Assembly (NCBI GenBank): GCA_046758965.1
Contig: JBHIBG010000084.1
Coordinates: 1-12,209 of the forward strand
DNA from: Candidatus Methylomirabilia bacterium
GTDB taxonomy: Bacteria > Methylomirabilota > Methylomirabilia > Rokubacteriales > CSP1-6
Reading direction: 5' to 3'
Length of the DNA stretch: 12,209 bases
The notes under the pieces are model-generated. The model was given only the letters and a program-made list of their open reading frames with translations. It was not told where the DNA came from and searched no databases. A program made the translations under genes and the position numbers. Positions 1 to 7,672 of this stretch are shown here, piece by piece (the stretch's first letter is position 1; every line of letters starts with the position of its first letter).

Positions 1-117
1 GGTCAGAGCCGGGCGCTTCGTGGACGCCCGCACCACGTCGTGGAGCAGCCGGCCGATCCGTGAGAGCGGGATCACCAGAGGCTGAGAGCGGCCGGGGTAA
101 TCTGGCTGACGAGCCAT
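1..117 (-). CDS. Partial ORF running off the left edge; possibly the N-terminus of an MMPL/RND (HpnN-like) membrane transporter
   Basis: Manual translation from ATG 117 gives MARQPDYPGRSQPLVIPLSRIGRLLHDVVRASTKRPALT, open to base 1 (alternative GTG at 75). The amphipathic 'LLHDVVRASTKRPALT' resembles the segment before TM1 of MMPL proteins. It is co-oriented with the lipid kinase. Only 39 codons are visible. Confidence 0.35.
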   Translation of the reverse strand, partial: MARQPDYPGRSQPLVIPLSRIGRLLHDVVRASTKRPALT

Positions 118-167
118 CCAACCCAGCTGTCCACGGACTCGGCACGGCGGACCCACCAGGTCGACAT

Positions 168-1109
168 TTAAGGGTGCCTGAGTGCCGGGTTCTCGAGGGC
201 AACCAGTGGGTCGGTCTGTCCCGTGCGAGGCCTCGACGTCGAGTGCGGACCAGGCGGTGTCAGAATCGGCAGGACGCGGGGTAGCACGCCGAGCTGCTCG
301 GCCTCTTCGGCCGGCGTGGTCACCGAGACCCGCTTCCCCTGCCGATAACACACCCCTTGCCACCGACCCGGGAGCCGAAACAGGAAGGCGAGCAGGAGTG
401 AGACCAATGCCCGCTTGGCCATCGGGGGTACCACGAACACATCAAGAAGGCCATCCAAGGGCGTCGCCGTAGGAGTGAGCGAGAGAAATCCCGCGTACGT
501 CGGGACGTTAGCCACGATCGCCATCGCGGCCTGATCCGTTATGAGCTCTCCCTCCACTTCGACCCGGATGGAAGGCAGTGCCGCCGTCTTGATCATCCGA
601 AGAGCGGTCTGGACATAGGCGAGGTATCGGAGGAGACCCGAGTGGGGAACGGCCACTCGGTCCTCCACAGCCTGCTTCACCTCTTCGAGGAAACCGAAGC
701 TCTGGCTGGAGAGGAAGACGCCGCCTCGGTCGATCCCAACGTCAACCCGGCGGACCTCTCCGTGCTCCAAGAGGTTGAGCAGAGAGGGGATTCGGGACCG
801 GTAACCGAAGGTCCGCGCGAACATGTTCCCGAACCCTACGGGGACAGGAACAAGGGGGACGTCACGCCGCAGGGCTAGCGGGGCGACCTCGCTTAGTGTC
901 TCGTCTCCGCCCACGCAGAACAGGTAGCCGAAGTCACCTCGGCACCGTTCGACCCACGCACGAGCCTCAAGGCGGCCGCGGACAACGAGTGTCCGCACGT
1001 CACGGCCGCTTGCGCGAAGGCTCGCCTCCAGTTCCTTTGCCAGCGCAAACCCCTTCCCGTTCCCCGCCGTGGGGTTGACAACGAGCTGAACCGCCGGCAG
1101 TGTACTCAC
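168..1109 (-). CDS. Diacylglycerol kinase family (YegS/DAGK-like) lipid kinase
   Basis: Motifs VVNPTAGNG, VGGDETL (GGDGT-like), PVGFGNMFAR (PxGTxN-like), VDVG, ANVPTYAG and PLDGLLDV. AGGAG RBS lies 8 nt before GTG 1109 (TTG 1112 is an alternative start). Confidence 0.85.
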   Translation of the reverse strand: MSTLPAVQLVVNPTAGNGKGFALAKELEASLRASGRDVRTLVVRGRLEARAWVERCRGDFGYLFCVGGDETLSEVAPLALRRDVPLVPVPVGFGNMFARTFGYRSRIPSLLNLLEHGEVRRVDVGIDRGGVFLSSQSFGFLEEVKQAVEDRVAVPHSGLLRYLAYVQTALRMIKTAALPSIRVEVEGELITDQAAMAIVANVPTYAGFLSLTPTATPLDGLLDVFVVPPMAKRALVSLLLAFLFRLPGRWQGVCYRQGKRVSVTTPAEEAEQLGVLPRVLPILTPPGPHSTSRPRTGQTDPLVALENPALRHP

Positions 1110-1162
1110 CAATAGATCTCCTAATAGTGGTTAAACAGGAGGGGCAAGGGCCAGATTCTAGC

Positions 1163-1918
1163 ATGAAACCGCTCTACTTTTTTCAGCGCCCGCCGCGCCT
1201 CGAACCGACTCGCCTCCCGCATCGCTTTGGCGGCTCCTCGGAGGAGGTCGCCCTGGCCCTGGATCATCTCTCCCTCGCTAACCGCTACTTTGGGGGCACC
1301 CAAAGCCTCCTGCACCCCATGCGGCAGCTGCTGGCACCACACCGAGGTGATCACCTCCGAGTGCTGGACGTGGGCTGCGGACGGGCGGACACCCCGCGCG
1401 CCCTGGTGACGTGGGCGCGGCGGACCGGCCTCGACCTCAGCGTCGTCGCCGTCGATCAGGATCCCGACGTGGTCAGGCACGCGGCGGCCGCGAGCCAAGC
1501 CTTCCCCGAGATCCAGATTGTCCGGGGTGACGCCCTGCAGCTGCCGTTTCGCCCGGGCAGCTTTGATTACGTCTTTTCCGCCATGCTCCTCCACTACTTC
1601 TCGTCGGACGAGGCCGTGGCCGTCCTCCGATCGTGGGGGACATTGTCTTCCCGCGCCCTCCTCGCCAGCGATGTTGAACGCCACTGGTTTCCCTGTCTCG
1701 CGATCCCACTCCTCGCTAAGATCTCGAAGAGCAGCCTGTTTCGGGAGGGATCGCGCAGGACAGTCCTGCGAGGGTTCACGCCGGAGGAGATGGCCTGGCT
1801 GGCTGGTCAGGCTGGGTTCGCCTCCCCGTCTGTGCGGCGGTATTTTCCGTTTCGCCTCGCGCTGGTCGGCTGGCGCGATGAGCCCGATCCGGGCCGTCGC
1901 GCTCCTCGCCAGTGGTGA
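1163..1918 (+). CDS. Class I SAM-dependent methyltransferase
   Basis: Motif I VLDVGCGRAD, VVAVD, RGDALQLPF..FDYVFS..LLHYF. N-terminal L...NRYFGG and C-terminal 'VLRGFT..E' and 'FPFR' resemble the methyltransferases often found beside type III PKS genes. ATG 1163 is preferred because the ORF-track start at 1100 overlaps the divergent kinase. Confidence 0.85.
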   Translation: MKPLYFFQRPPRLEPTRLPHRFGGSSEEVALALDHLSLANRYFGGTQSLLHPMRQLLAPHRGDHLRVLDVGCGRADTPRALVTWARRTGLDLSVVAVDQDPDVVRHAAAASQAFPEIQIVRGDALQLPFRPGSFDYVFSAMLLHYFSSDEAVAVLRSWGTLSSRALLASDVERHWFPCLAIPLLAKISKSSLFREGSRRTVLRGFTPEEMAWLAGQAGFASPSVRRYFPFRLALVGWRDEPDPGRRAPRQW

Positions 1919-2007
1919 GGGGCTCGGGCGGTGGGCTACTTGCACTCCTGGAGTCAGGGCACGGAGCGAAGCACCGACCCGGGCGAGGCTGGAAGTTCTG
2001 TGGTGCA

Positions 2008-2979
2008 TCACACCTGGACCTCGGGAGAGAACGGCTGGAGCAGGGCCAGCAAGATGAGCCCGACCGCGACCCAGGTGAACTCACGGAGCCTGCGGATCAA
2101 CGTGTAAGAGAGCCCCACTCCGGCGCCCAGGCCGAAGGCGGCGAACGCGGCCATATTTCCCCCCTCGAGCGCGCCGAGCCGTCCGGGGATCATAAACGCT
2201 ATGAACTTGATCGCTGTGCCGAAGGCGTCAATGACAAGCGCCGCGGCTAGCGAAATTGGAATGCCCAGGAAATGCAGAATCAGATAGGCTTCCAGGCTCC
2301 CCACGAGCCACCCAACGAAGTGAAAGAGGAGCGAGAGCCCGAGCCGCTTCGGATGCTCCCGGTAGAAGGCGGTTAACGCCCGGTCCAGCCCACCGAGTTT
2401 CGCCGCATGAAGGTCTCCGCATCCAAGACCGAGCCTCGTGAGAAGTCGGAGCCCACGCCCGACGACCCCGAGGAGCTGGACCAGGGCAAAGCCACCTAAG
2501 GCGAGGATCTCTGCGAGCAGGAACCACATCATGATTTTGATGAACGTGGAGGGTAAGGGAAGCACCGACCAGGCCAGCGCCAGCCCCACAGCCAGAAAGA
2601 GACTTTGAGCGACCGCGATGGTGGTTTTCCCCACGATCACGGCGGCTAGGCCCTCGTCCAGAGGCACTCTCGGGCGCAGGAGCAAGGCCTTCACCGGCTC
2701 GCCCCCCACCGAGGCCGTCGGTGTAGTGATATTGAACGCCTCGCCGGCCAGCCGCACGGAAAAAAGCGTCCGGAAGGAGGCCAGGTCCCGACGGAATGCG
2801 AACCGCCAGCCCAGCGTATCCAGCGTCGTGACCAGAGCGAACGGGAAGACCAGGACCACGAGCAAGCGCCAGGAGAGCGTGCGGATGGAGGCGAGCACCG
2901 TGTCAGGCCCCACCTTGGCGACCAGGTAAGCAAGGAAGGCGAGCCCCAGCGCGAGGAGGCTTAGCCGAATGGTTCTCAT
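2008..2979 (-). CDS. Lysylphosphatidylglycerol synthase TM / flippase-like membrane protein (HpnL-like)
   Basis: 323 aa polytopic hydrophobic protein with LDTLGWR, RLAGEAFNITTPTASVGGEPVK, IPGRLGALEGG and LIRRLRE motifs. Confidence 0.85.
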   Translation of the reverse strand: MRTIRLSLLALGLAFLAYLVAKVGPDTVLASIRTLSWRLLVVLVFPFALVTTLDTLGWRFAFRRDLASFRTLFSVRLAGEAFNITTPTASVGGEPVKALLLRPRVPLDEGLAAVIVGKTTIAVAQSLFLAVGLALAWSVLPLPSTFIKIMMWFLLAEILALGGFALVQLLGVVGRGLRLLTRLGLGCGDLHAAKLGGLDRALTAFYREHPKRLGLSLLFHFVGWLVGSLEAYLILHFLGIPISLAAALVIDAFGTAIKFIAFMIPGRLGALEGGNMAAFAAFGLGAGVGLSYTLIRRLREFTWVAVGLILLALLQPFSPEVQV

Positions 2980-3138
2980 CGAGCGGCTAGTGAACTCCTG
3001 TCGCCGAGTACGTGACGGACCACAAGAAAAACTCCGCGGTTATTTCAGGCCTCCCGTTTCGGGTTTCCCGCCGTGACCTCCGCGAGACCCGAGCCAGAAT
3101 AGCCAGCGAATCGCTCTCTCTCGTCATGCCTATCATTC

Positions 3139-3422
3139 GAGCCAGGGCAGAAGCGAAAACAGGGCGCCATGGCTCGAGGAAGAGCCCGGAAGGATCTGCT
3201 CGAAGACCAGCGTCCAGAGGAGTGCCAGCGTTAGCCCGATCCCGAGGTCCATGAGACCGCCTACCAGGTATGCGGAGATCCCCAGGGAGAGGAGGTCGCC
3301 GAGGGCCTGGAGTAGGTCCAGGGGGGAAGGCCTACTAGGGGAGCAGCATACATCAGGGCAGTCATGGCGAAGGTGCCAGGGGTGCCGGCCGGGACCTTAG
3401 AAGCAAGGTTTACTGATTTCAC
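3139..3422 (-). pseudogene. Frameshifted, 3'-truncated paralog of the 11043..11663 membrane-protein gene
   Basis: Same RBS (AAAGGAGGCAC); first 20 codons are 51/60 nt identical. A 1-nt deletion near 3320 gives ccttcccccc-tgg vs ccttccccccatgg. The shifted frame continues GDLLSLGISAYLVGGLMDLGIGLTLALLWTLVFEQILPGSSSSHGALFSLLPWL, then homology ends and a stop follows. Confidence 0.9.
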
Positions 3423-3484
3423 CGTGCCTCCTTTCTCTTGCCAGATCGCGCCGAGCATATCAGCAAGCACATCCCCCGCGATCC

Positions 3485-3556
3485 ATACGATGGCGGAGGG
3501 GCACCAGAAGATTCAACAATATACCCTGAATCTCCTAAGGGGTAGTCGCCGGCTTA
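3485..3556. promoter_or_regulatory. Candidate bidirectional ECF-type promoter, copy 1
   Basis: Minus strand GAATCTTC (3514-3507)-N14-CATCGTAT (3492-3485). Plus strand GAATC (3528-3532)-N20-CTTA (3553-3556). Confidence 0.65.
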
Positions 3557-3596
3557 GGAAAAGAAGAAGACATGTGCGGTAAAGGGCCGAACTCCC

Positions 3597-3828
3597 GTGC
3601 TTTCCTGTCGGGATCTCGTGGACCGCTCGGGGCCTACCCCGAAGCGGAGCTGGACCTTGCCACGGCGCGAGCGCTTGAGGGCCACCTCGTAGGCTGTGAA
3701 GAGTGCACCGCGTTCCTTAACACCTACCGCGGCACAGTAGGGGCGACCCGCCAACTACGGGGGGCCAAATCCCGCCGAGATTGAGAGAGCGCCTGCTGAT
3801 CGTCCTTCGCCAGCACAAACGGTCCTGA
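3597..3828 (+). pseudogene. Frameshifted zf-HC2 anti-sigma factor paralog of 10636..10869
   Basis: GTG-LSCRDLVD / LGAYPEAELDLATARALEGHLVGCEECTAFLNTYRGTVGATRQLR / IPPRLRERLLIVLRQHKRS*. Two -1 frameshifts (near 3625 and 3765) give 232 nt vs 234 nt for the intact gene. Confidence 0.9.
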
Positions 3829-3885
3829 CCGCTTCTCTCAGTGGGCTGGCGAGAAGAAGCCAGCAAGCTTCCGCCGAAGATACCC

Positions 3886-4564
3886 TTACTCAAGCGCCAA
3901 GTTATCGATGAGCTGGGTCCGACCCAGCGGGATGGCGCTGGCGAGGAGGACCCGTTCATCGACGTTCTCAAGGGGCTGAACTGTCTGGGGGTTCACGAGG
4001 AACAGGTAATCGACAGAAACCCCTTCGGCCTTGGCTACTGTCAGCACCATTGCCTCAGCGATCTGCCCTGCCTTCTTTTCCCCAATCAGGACGTGACCGC
4101 GCCCGGCTGCGAGCCCGCGAGTAGGGTTCCGGTACGGTAGGCAGTCCGATCATCTCCACGGGCAGATTGAGATCGAGTCCCACCCGCTCGACCATGCGCC
4201 ACTGCTGTAGCCTTTTTTGGCGAAATATGCTCTGTCCGGTTGAGCGATCCCGAATAGCTCGAGCACTATCGTGAGGAGCCCTCGGAACTGTCCGGGACGA
4301 AACGGGCCGCACAAATGATTGCCACAAGACCCTCACGTCCTCGTGCAAATCTCGAGGACAGCTCGTGAAATCTTCTTTGGGCCCGAACTGAAGAGGGTTG
4401 ACAAAGATGCTTACGCCGGTCAGATCACGGTCAGCTTGGGATTGCCGAACGAGGCTGAGATGCCCTTCGTGAAGGGTTCTCATGGTGGGCACCAAACCTA
4501 TCGGAAAACCCCGGGAGCGAACCTTCCTGATCTCAGCGCGGCAGCCAGCGATGCGAGACGCCAC
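3886..4564 (-). pseudogene. panC: Pantoate--beta-alanine ligase (pantothenate synthetase) pseudogene
   Basis: PanC motifs split across frames: IGLVPTMRTLHEGHLSLVR, VSIFVNPLQFGPKEDF..PRD; another frame [31 protein letters not shown]; then [16 protein letters not shown]-terminus VSVDYLFLVNPQTVQPL..VLLASAIPLGRTQLIDNLALE* (stop 3886-3888). The segment containing the AMSSRN motif is missing. Confidence 0.92.
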
Positions 4565-4637
4565 TTCAGCCGTCTCAATTCGTCTTAACCGTCGTTACTC
4601 GGGCAACATTCCACCACCGGTGCCACCCCAGGCGAAG

Positions 4638-4653
4638 TGTGAGAATTCTCACC
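4638..4653. promoter_or_regulatory. Palindromic candidate transcription-factor site (CRP/FNR-family-like)
   Basis: Perfect 14-bp palindrome GTGAGAATTCTCAC (4639-4652); reads TGTGA-N6-TCACC, 9/10 to the CRP box TGTGA-N6-TCACA. Confidence 0.4.
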
Positions 4654-4660
4654 TCTCTTC

Positions 4661-4731
4661 TATGGGGTCGTCAACCTTCACAGGGATTCGCGAATCTCAT
4701 CGAATCTTCCGTTGCGGCCCCGACATCGTAT
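4661..4731. promoter_or_regulatory. Candidate ECF-type promoter, copy 2, upstream of the 4793-9515 cluster
   Basis: Plus strand GAATCTTC (4702-4709)-N14-CATCGTAT (4724-4731) followed by AGGT, as at 10951-10984. Minus strand GAATC (4689-4685)-N20-CATA (4664-4661). Confidence 0.7.
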
Positions 4732-4792
4732 AGGTGCCTTGACCAGTCCGAGTCATGAAACGATCCGGGTTTAGCGGCCACGAAAGGAGCAT

Positions 4793-5149
4793 ATGATGAG
4801 ACGGTTTCTCAGTACGTTGTCGGTGCTAGCCCTGCTCTTCGGAGCAGCCAATCCGGCCCCGGCCGCGGACTCGATCGCCGGCCGGATGGCTCTGAAGGTT
4901 CTTCGAGGCCTCGAGAACATCACGTTGGGTTTCGTCACGGAGTGGACCAAGGCGATCTACTATGACAGCGTTGACCACGGGCTCCCATACGGCCTCACTG
5001 TTGGCACCCTGAAAGGGATCGGTTGGGGGGCCCTCCGGACCGGCGTTGGGGCCTATGAGCTCGCAACCTTCGCAGTTCCAGTGCCGAAGAACTATCGGCC
5101 CATGCTCTACCCTGAATTCCCCCATGAGCTCACGGAACCGACCCGATAG
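4793..5149 (+). CDS. Secreted small protein, TIGR04073-like (putative exosortase-system-associated family)
   Basis: AGGAG RBS; signal peptide ending APA-A; pattern KVLRGLENITLG..E..K.I...G...GLTVG.LKG....R..VGAYELATF.VP.P..Y.P...PE recognised as this family. Confidence 0.75.
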   Translation: MMRRFLSTLSVLALLFGAANPAPAADSIAGRMALKVLRGLENITLGFVTEWTKAIYYDSVDHGLPYGLTVGTLKGIGWGALRTGVGAYELATFAVPVPKNYRPMLYPEFPHELTEPTR

Positions 5150-5180
5150 AGACTCACCGGGGTCCTAGGGAGATCACACC

Positions 5181-5402
5181 ATGAACACACGGGCCATTTT
5201 CAGTAGTCTGCTCCTGTTCGGGTCCATCATGCTGATCGCAGGCTGTGCCGACCAGCTCTATCCGGCGTCGCTCACCGGCACAGATTATGGGTACCATGGA
5301 AGATATCCCGGCCATTACGGACATCAGCGCCATTACAGACATCACGGATACCGCGGTTATTACGGACATCATGGCTATTTCAGACATTACGGACACCACT
5401 GA
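5181..5402 (+). CDS. Small lipoprotein with a His/Tyr/Gly-rich repetitive tail
   Basis: GGGAG RBS; lipobox IAGC. The last 38 aa contain 11 His, 10 Tyr and 9 Gly. DNA repeat (c/t)attac(g/a)gaca(t/c)ca at 5313, 5331, 5358 and 5385. Confidence 0.75.
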   Translation: MNTRAIFSSLLLFGSIMLIAGCADQLYPASLTGTDYGYHGRYPGHYGHQRHYRHHGYRGYYGHHGYFRHYGHH

Positions 5403-5422
5403 ACCAGCGCAGTTGCTGGGAT

Positions 5423-5455
5423 GCTGGTGGTCCGGGGTTAGGCCCGGCCGCCAGC
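5423..5455 (+). other. GC-rich stem-loop without a U-tract (possible mRNA-stabilising or attenuating hairpin)
   Basis: GCTGGTGG(T)CCGGG-gttagg-CCCGGCCGCCAGC forms 13 pairs including one G-U and one bulge. Confidence 0.35.
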
Positions 5456-5568
5456 GCTAGCGGGCGCAAGGCATCTGCATCTCTTGCTGCGCGGTGGGGA
5501 TTCGATGCTGGCTTACGGCTGTTTCTTTTCGGCCGTTGAAAACCAACGAGGGATCGAGGCGAGCACTG

Positions 5569-6093
5569 TTGCTCTTGGGGCAAAAGTATTCCTGGTTTCG
5601 CGTTCTTTCCCTCGGGATCTTTCTCGCGGCATGTGTAAGCGTTCGAATCACAGACGGAGCCTACATTAATGAGGCGAAGAGCTTCCTCGTTCAGCTCCCT
5701 TCGGAAGCTTGGAACGTCGAGATAGACGGGGAGCCGGATCTGATATTGCGTCATGTGTACCGCCAAGCGGGGATGTCTATCCATGCCACCTGTGGCGAGA
5801 TCTCCCCGGCCCGTCCCCTGGAGATCGTGAGTCGGCGCCTCTTTTTCGGCATCCAGGAGAAGGAGGTCCTGCGCCAGGAACGTCGCACCACCGCCCAAGG
5901 GGAGGCGCTGGAGGTGGTTCTGCGGGGTGAGCTGGGAGGCCGGGGACTCGTCCTGCACGGCTATACCCTCAACGGAACCGGCTGTGTCTACGATCTGGTG
6001 CTGTTTGCCTCTCCCGAGGACTACCCGGAGGTGAACGGCGAATTTGAGGCCTTGCTTCGGCGGTTTCAGGTATTGAGGGGAGAGAACCAATGA
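5569..6093 (+). CDS. Lipoprotein of unknown function, coupled to mlaE (possibly PsbP/DcrB-like fold)
   Basis: Lipobox LAAC after a hydrophobic stretch; two mature-domain Cys (HATC, GCVYDLVL); ATGA overlap with mlaE. Start is uncertain: TTG 5569 follows GAGG, TTG 5575 is an alternative, and the ORF is open from 5494. The fold is inference. Confidence 0.7.
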   Translation: MLLGQKYSWFRVLSLGIFLAACVSVRITDGAYINEAKSFLVQLPSEAWNVEIDGEPDLILRHVYRQAGMSIHATCGEISPARPLEIVSRRLFFGIQEKEVLRQERRTTAQGEALEVVLRGELGGRGLVLHGYTLNGTGCVYDLVLFASPEDYPEVNGEFEALLRRFQVLRGENQ

Positions 6094-6833
6094 AGGGGTT
6101 CTTCGAGTATCTCGGCGGGAGCGCCCTGTTGGCCTCGCTGGCGTTCCGGGAGGCGCTCCTCCCGCCCTACCAGCTGGGCCTCCTCGTGGCCCAGATCCAT
6201 GCCATGGGAGTCCTCTCTCTCGTCCTGACCGTGATCGCCGGTCTCTTTGCCGGGATGGTGGTAGCCCTCCAGGGGGCGCATGAACTGGAGCGTTTCGGGG
6301 CGACCCTCTACATCGGCCCCACAGTGGCCCAGTCCATGGTTCGCGAGGCAGGCCCGGTCATGACGGGCCTCCTCGTCGGCGGAAAGGTCGGAGCAGGCAT
6401 TACGGCCGAGCTAGGGGCGATGAAGGTGACGGAGCAGGTAGATGCCCTCCGGGCCATGGGGGCAAACTACGTGAAGTTCTTGGTGGTCCCACGACTCCTG
6501 GCCGGCCTGGTCGTCTTCCCCCTCCTCACCATCGTTGCGAATGTCGTAGGCATCCTCGGCGGCCTCGTGGTGGCCATGTTGCAGTTTCGGCTGGACTACA
6601 TCTTCTACTGGAACAGCATCCTCGACATCACCACCTTTCTGGACTACTTCAGCGGCATGGGGAAGTCACTGATGTTGGGCTTCCTGGTGGCACTCATCGG
6701 CTGCTATCAGGGGCTGAGCTTTACGGGTGGGAGTACCGAGCTGGGTCGCGCCACGACGGGGACGGTGGTCGTCATCGGGATCGCCGTCCTGGTTTCAGAT
6801 TATTTGTTGACCCAGTTATTTTTTCTCCCATAA
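6090..6833 (+). CDS. mlaE: MlaE/YrbE family ABC transporter permease
   Basis: Motifs VREAGPVMTGLLVGGKVGAGITAELGAMKVTEQVDALRAMG, LVVPRLLA, IGCYQG and GRATT..VV. Confidence 0.95.
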   Translation: MKGFFEYLGGSALLASLAFREALLPPYQLGLLVAQIHAMGVLSLVLTVIAGLFAGMVVALQGAHELERFGATLYIGPTVAQSMVREAGPVMTGLLVGGKVGAGITAELGAMKVTEQVDALRAMGANYVKFLVVPRLLAGLVVFPLLTIVANVVGILGGLVVAMLQFRLDYIFYWNSILDITTFLDYFSGMGKSLMLGFLVALIGCYQGLSFTGGSTELGRATTGTVVVIGIAVLVSDYLLTQLFFLP

Positions 6834-6859
6834 GGCGCAGCAATGGCGGAGGTGCACTG

Positions 6860-7672
6860 ATGGAGCGGGCAGAGGTCATACGAATCCACGGGATCCACAA
6901 AGCCTTCAACACACATCAGGTGCTGGGAGGGATCAAACTCAGCCTTCTGACCTGTGAGACAGTCAGCATCCTCGGGGCGAGCGGGTCGGGGAAGAGCACG
7001 CTCCTCAAGTTGATCGCTGGCCTCATCAAACCGGGCAGGGGGCAGATCTTCCTATTTGGCCAGGACATTGTCCCCCTGAGTGAGCAGCAGCTGCTGCCTC
7101 TGAGAAGGCGAATCGGGGTCGTCTTCCAGGAGGCGGCTCTTTTTGACTCCCTCACCGTCCTCGAAAATATCGCCTTCCCCCTGAGGCTCCATACGAAGAG
7201 CAAGGAAAAGGAGATCCGGGACCGGGTGGCTGAGTGTTTGGAGCGGGTCGGGCTGCCCGGGATCGAGCAACAGTATCCACTAGAACTGAGTGGCGGGATG
7301 AGGAAGCGGGTTGGCATCGCCCGGGCGTTAGCCCTGCGACCAGAGGTCGTCCTCTTCGATGAGCCGACGGCAGGCCTGGACCCGAAGAATGCCCGGATGA
7401 TCTGCGAGCTGGTTGCGGGGCTGCGTCGGCGCCCCTGCGAGACCGCGTTAGTGGTGACCCACGATCTAGGCTGCGCCTTTGCGATGTCGAACCAGATTGC
7501 TTTTCTTCATCGGGGTGCAATCCTCGAGACCGCCAGTCCCGAGAACTTCCGCAATTCGTCAAGGCCTGAAGTGCAGGCGTTCTTGGAAGGCGCCTTCGAC
7601 CAGCCAACCGCTGTCCGACCCGTCAACGGGAGGTCTCCGTGGAGCCGCGGAGCAATGTCAAGGGCGTCGTAG
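6860..7672 (+). CDS. mlaF: MlaF/Mkl family ABC transporter ATP-binding protein
   Basis: GGAGG RBS; Walker A GASGSGKS, Q-loop VFQEAALFDSLTV.EN, signature LSGGMRKRVGIARA, Walker B VLFDEPTAGLDP and H-loop VTHD. Confidence 0.95.
   Translation: MERAEVIRIHGIHKAFNTHQVLGGIKLSLLTCETVSILGASGSGKSTLLKLIAGLIKPGRGQIFLFGQDIVPLSEQQLLPLRRRIGVVFQEAALFDSLTVLENIAFPLRLHTKSKEKEIRDRVAECLERVGLPGIEQQYPLELSGGMRKRVGIARALALRPEVVLFDEPTAGLDPKNARMICELVAGLRRRPCETALVVTHDLGCAFAMSNQIAFLHRGAILETASPENFRNSSRPEVQAFLEGAFDQPTAVRPVNGRSPWSRGAMSRAS

Larger units (their letters stand above)
3139..3828. repeat. Diverged inverted duplication (~690 bp) of 10636..11327
   Basis: Manual alignment of the reverse complement is collinear through the membrane-protein 5' part, the intergenic region and the whole anti-sigma gene. 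Confidence 0.9.

Noticed and set aside
1121..2011. 296-aa minus-strand ORF and similar long shadow ORFs (5380..6090, 7507..8124, 10961..11848)
   Set aside because: They overlap well-supported genes antisense or out of frame and lack recognisable motifs; expected in GC-rich DNA.
3364..3582. Similar-looking ORFs 3364..3582 (+) and 10883..11215 (-) as a conserved small gene
   Set aside because: The similarity follows from the DNA duplication; both are antisense to the membrane-protein gene and run through the promoter.
3841..4140. 99-aa plus-strand ORF with Cys/His residues
   Set aside because: It is the antisense of the panC C-terminal remnant.
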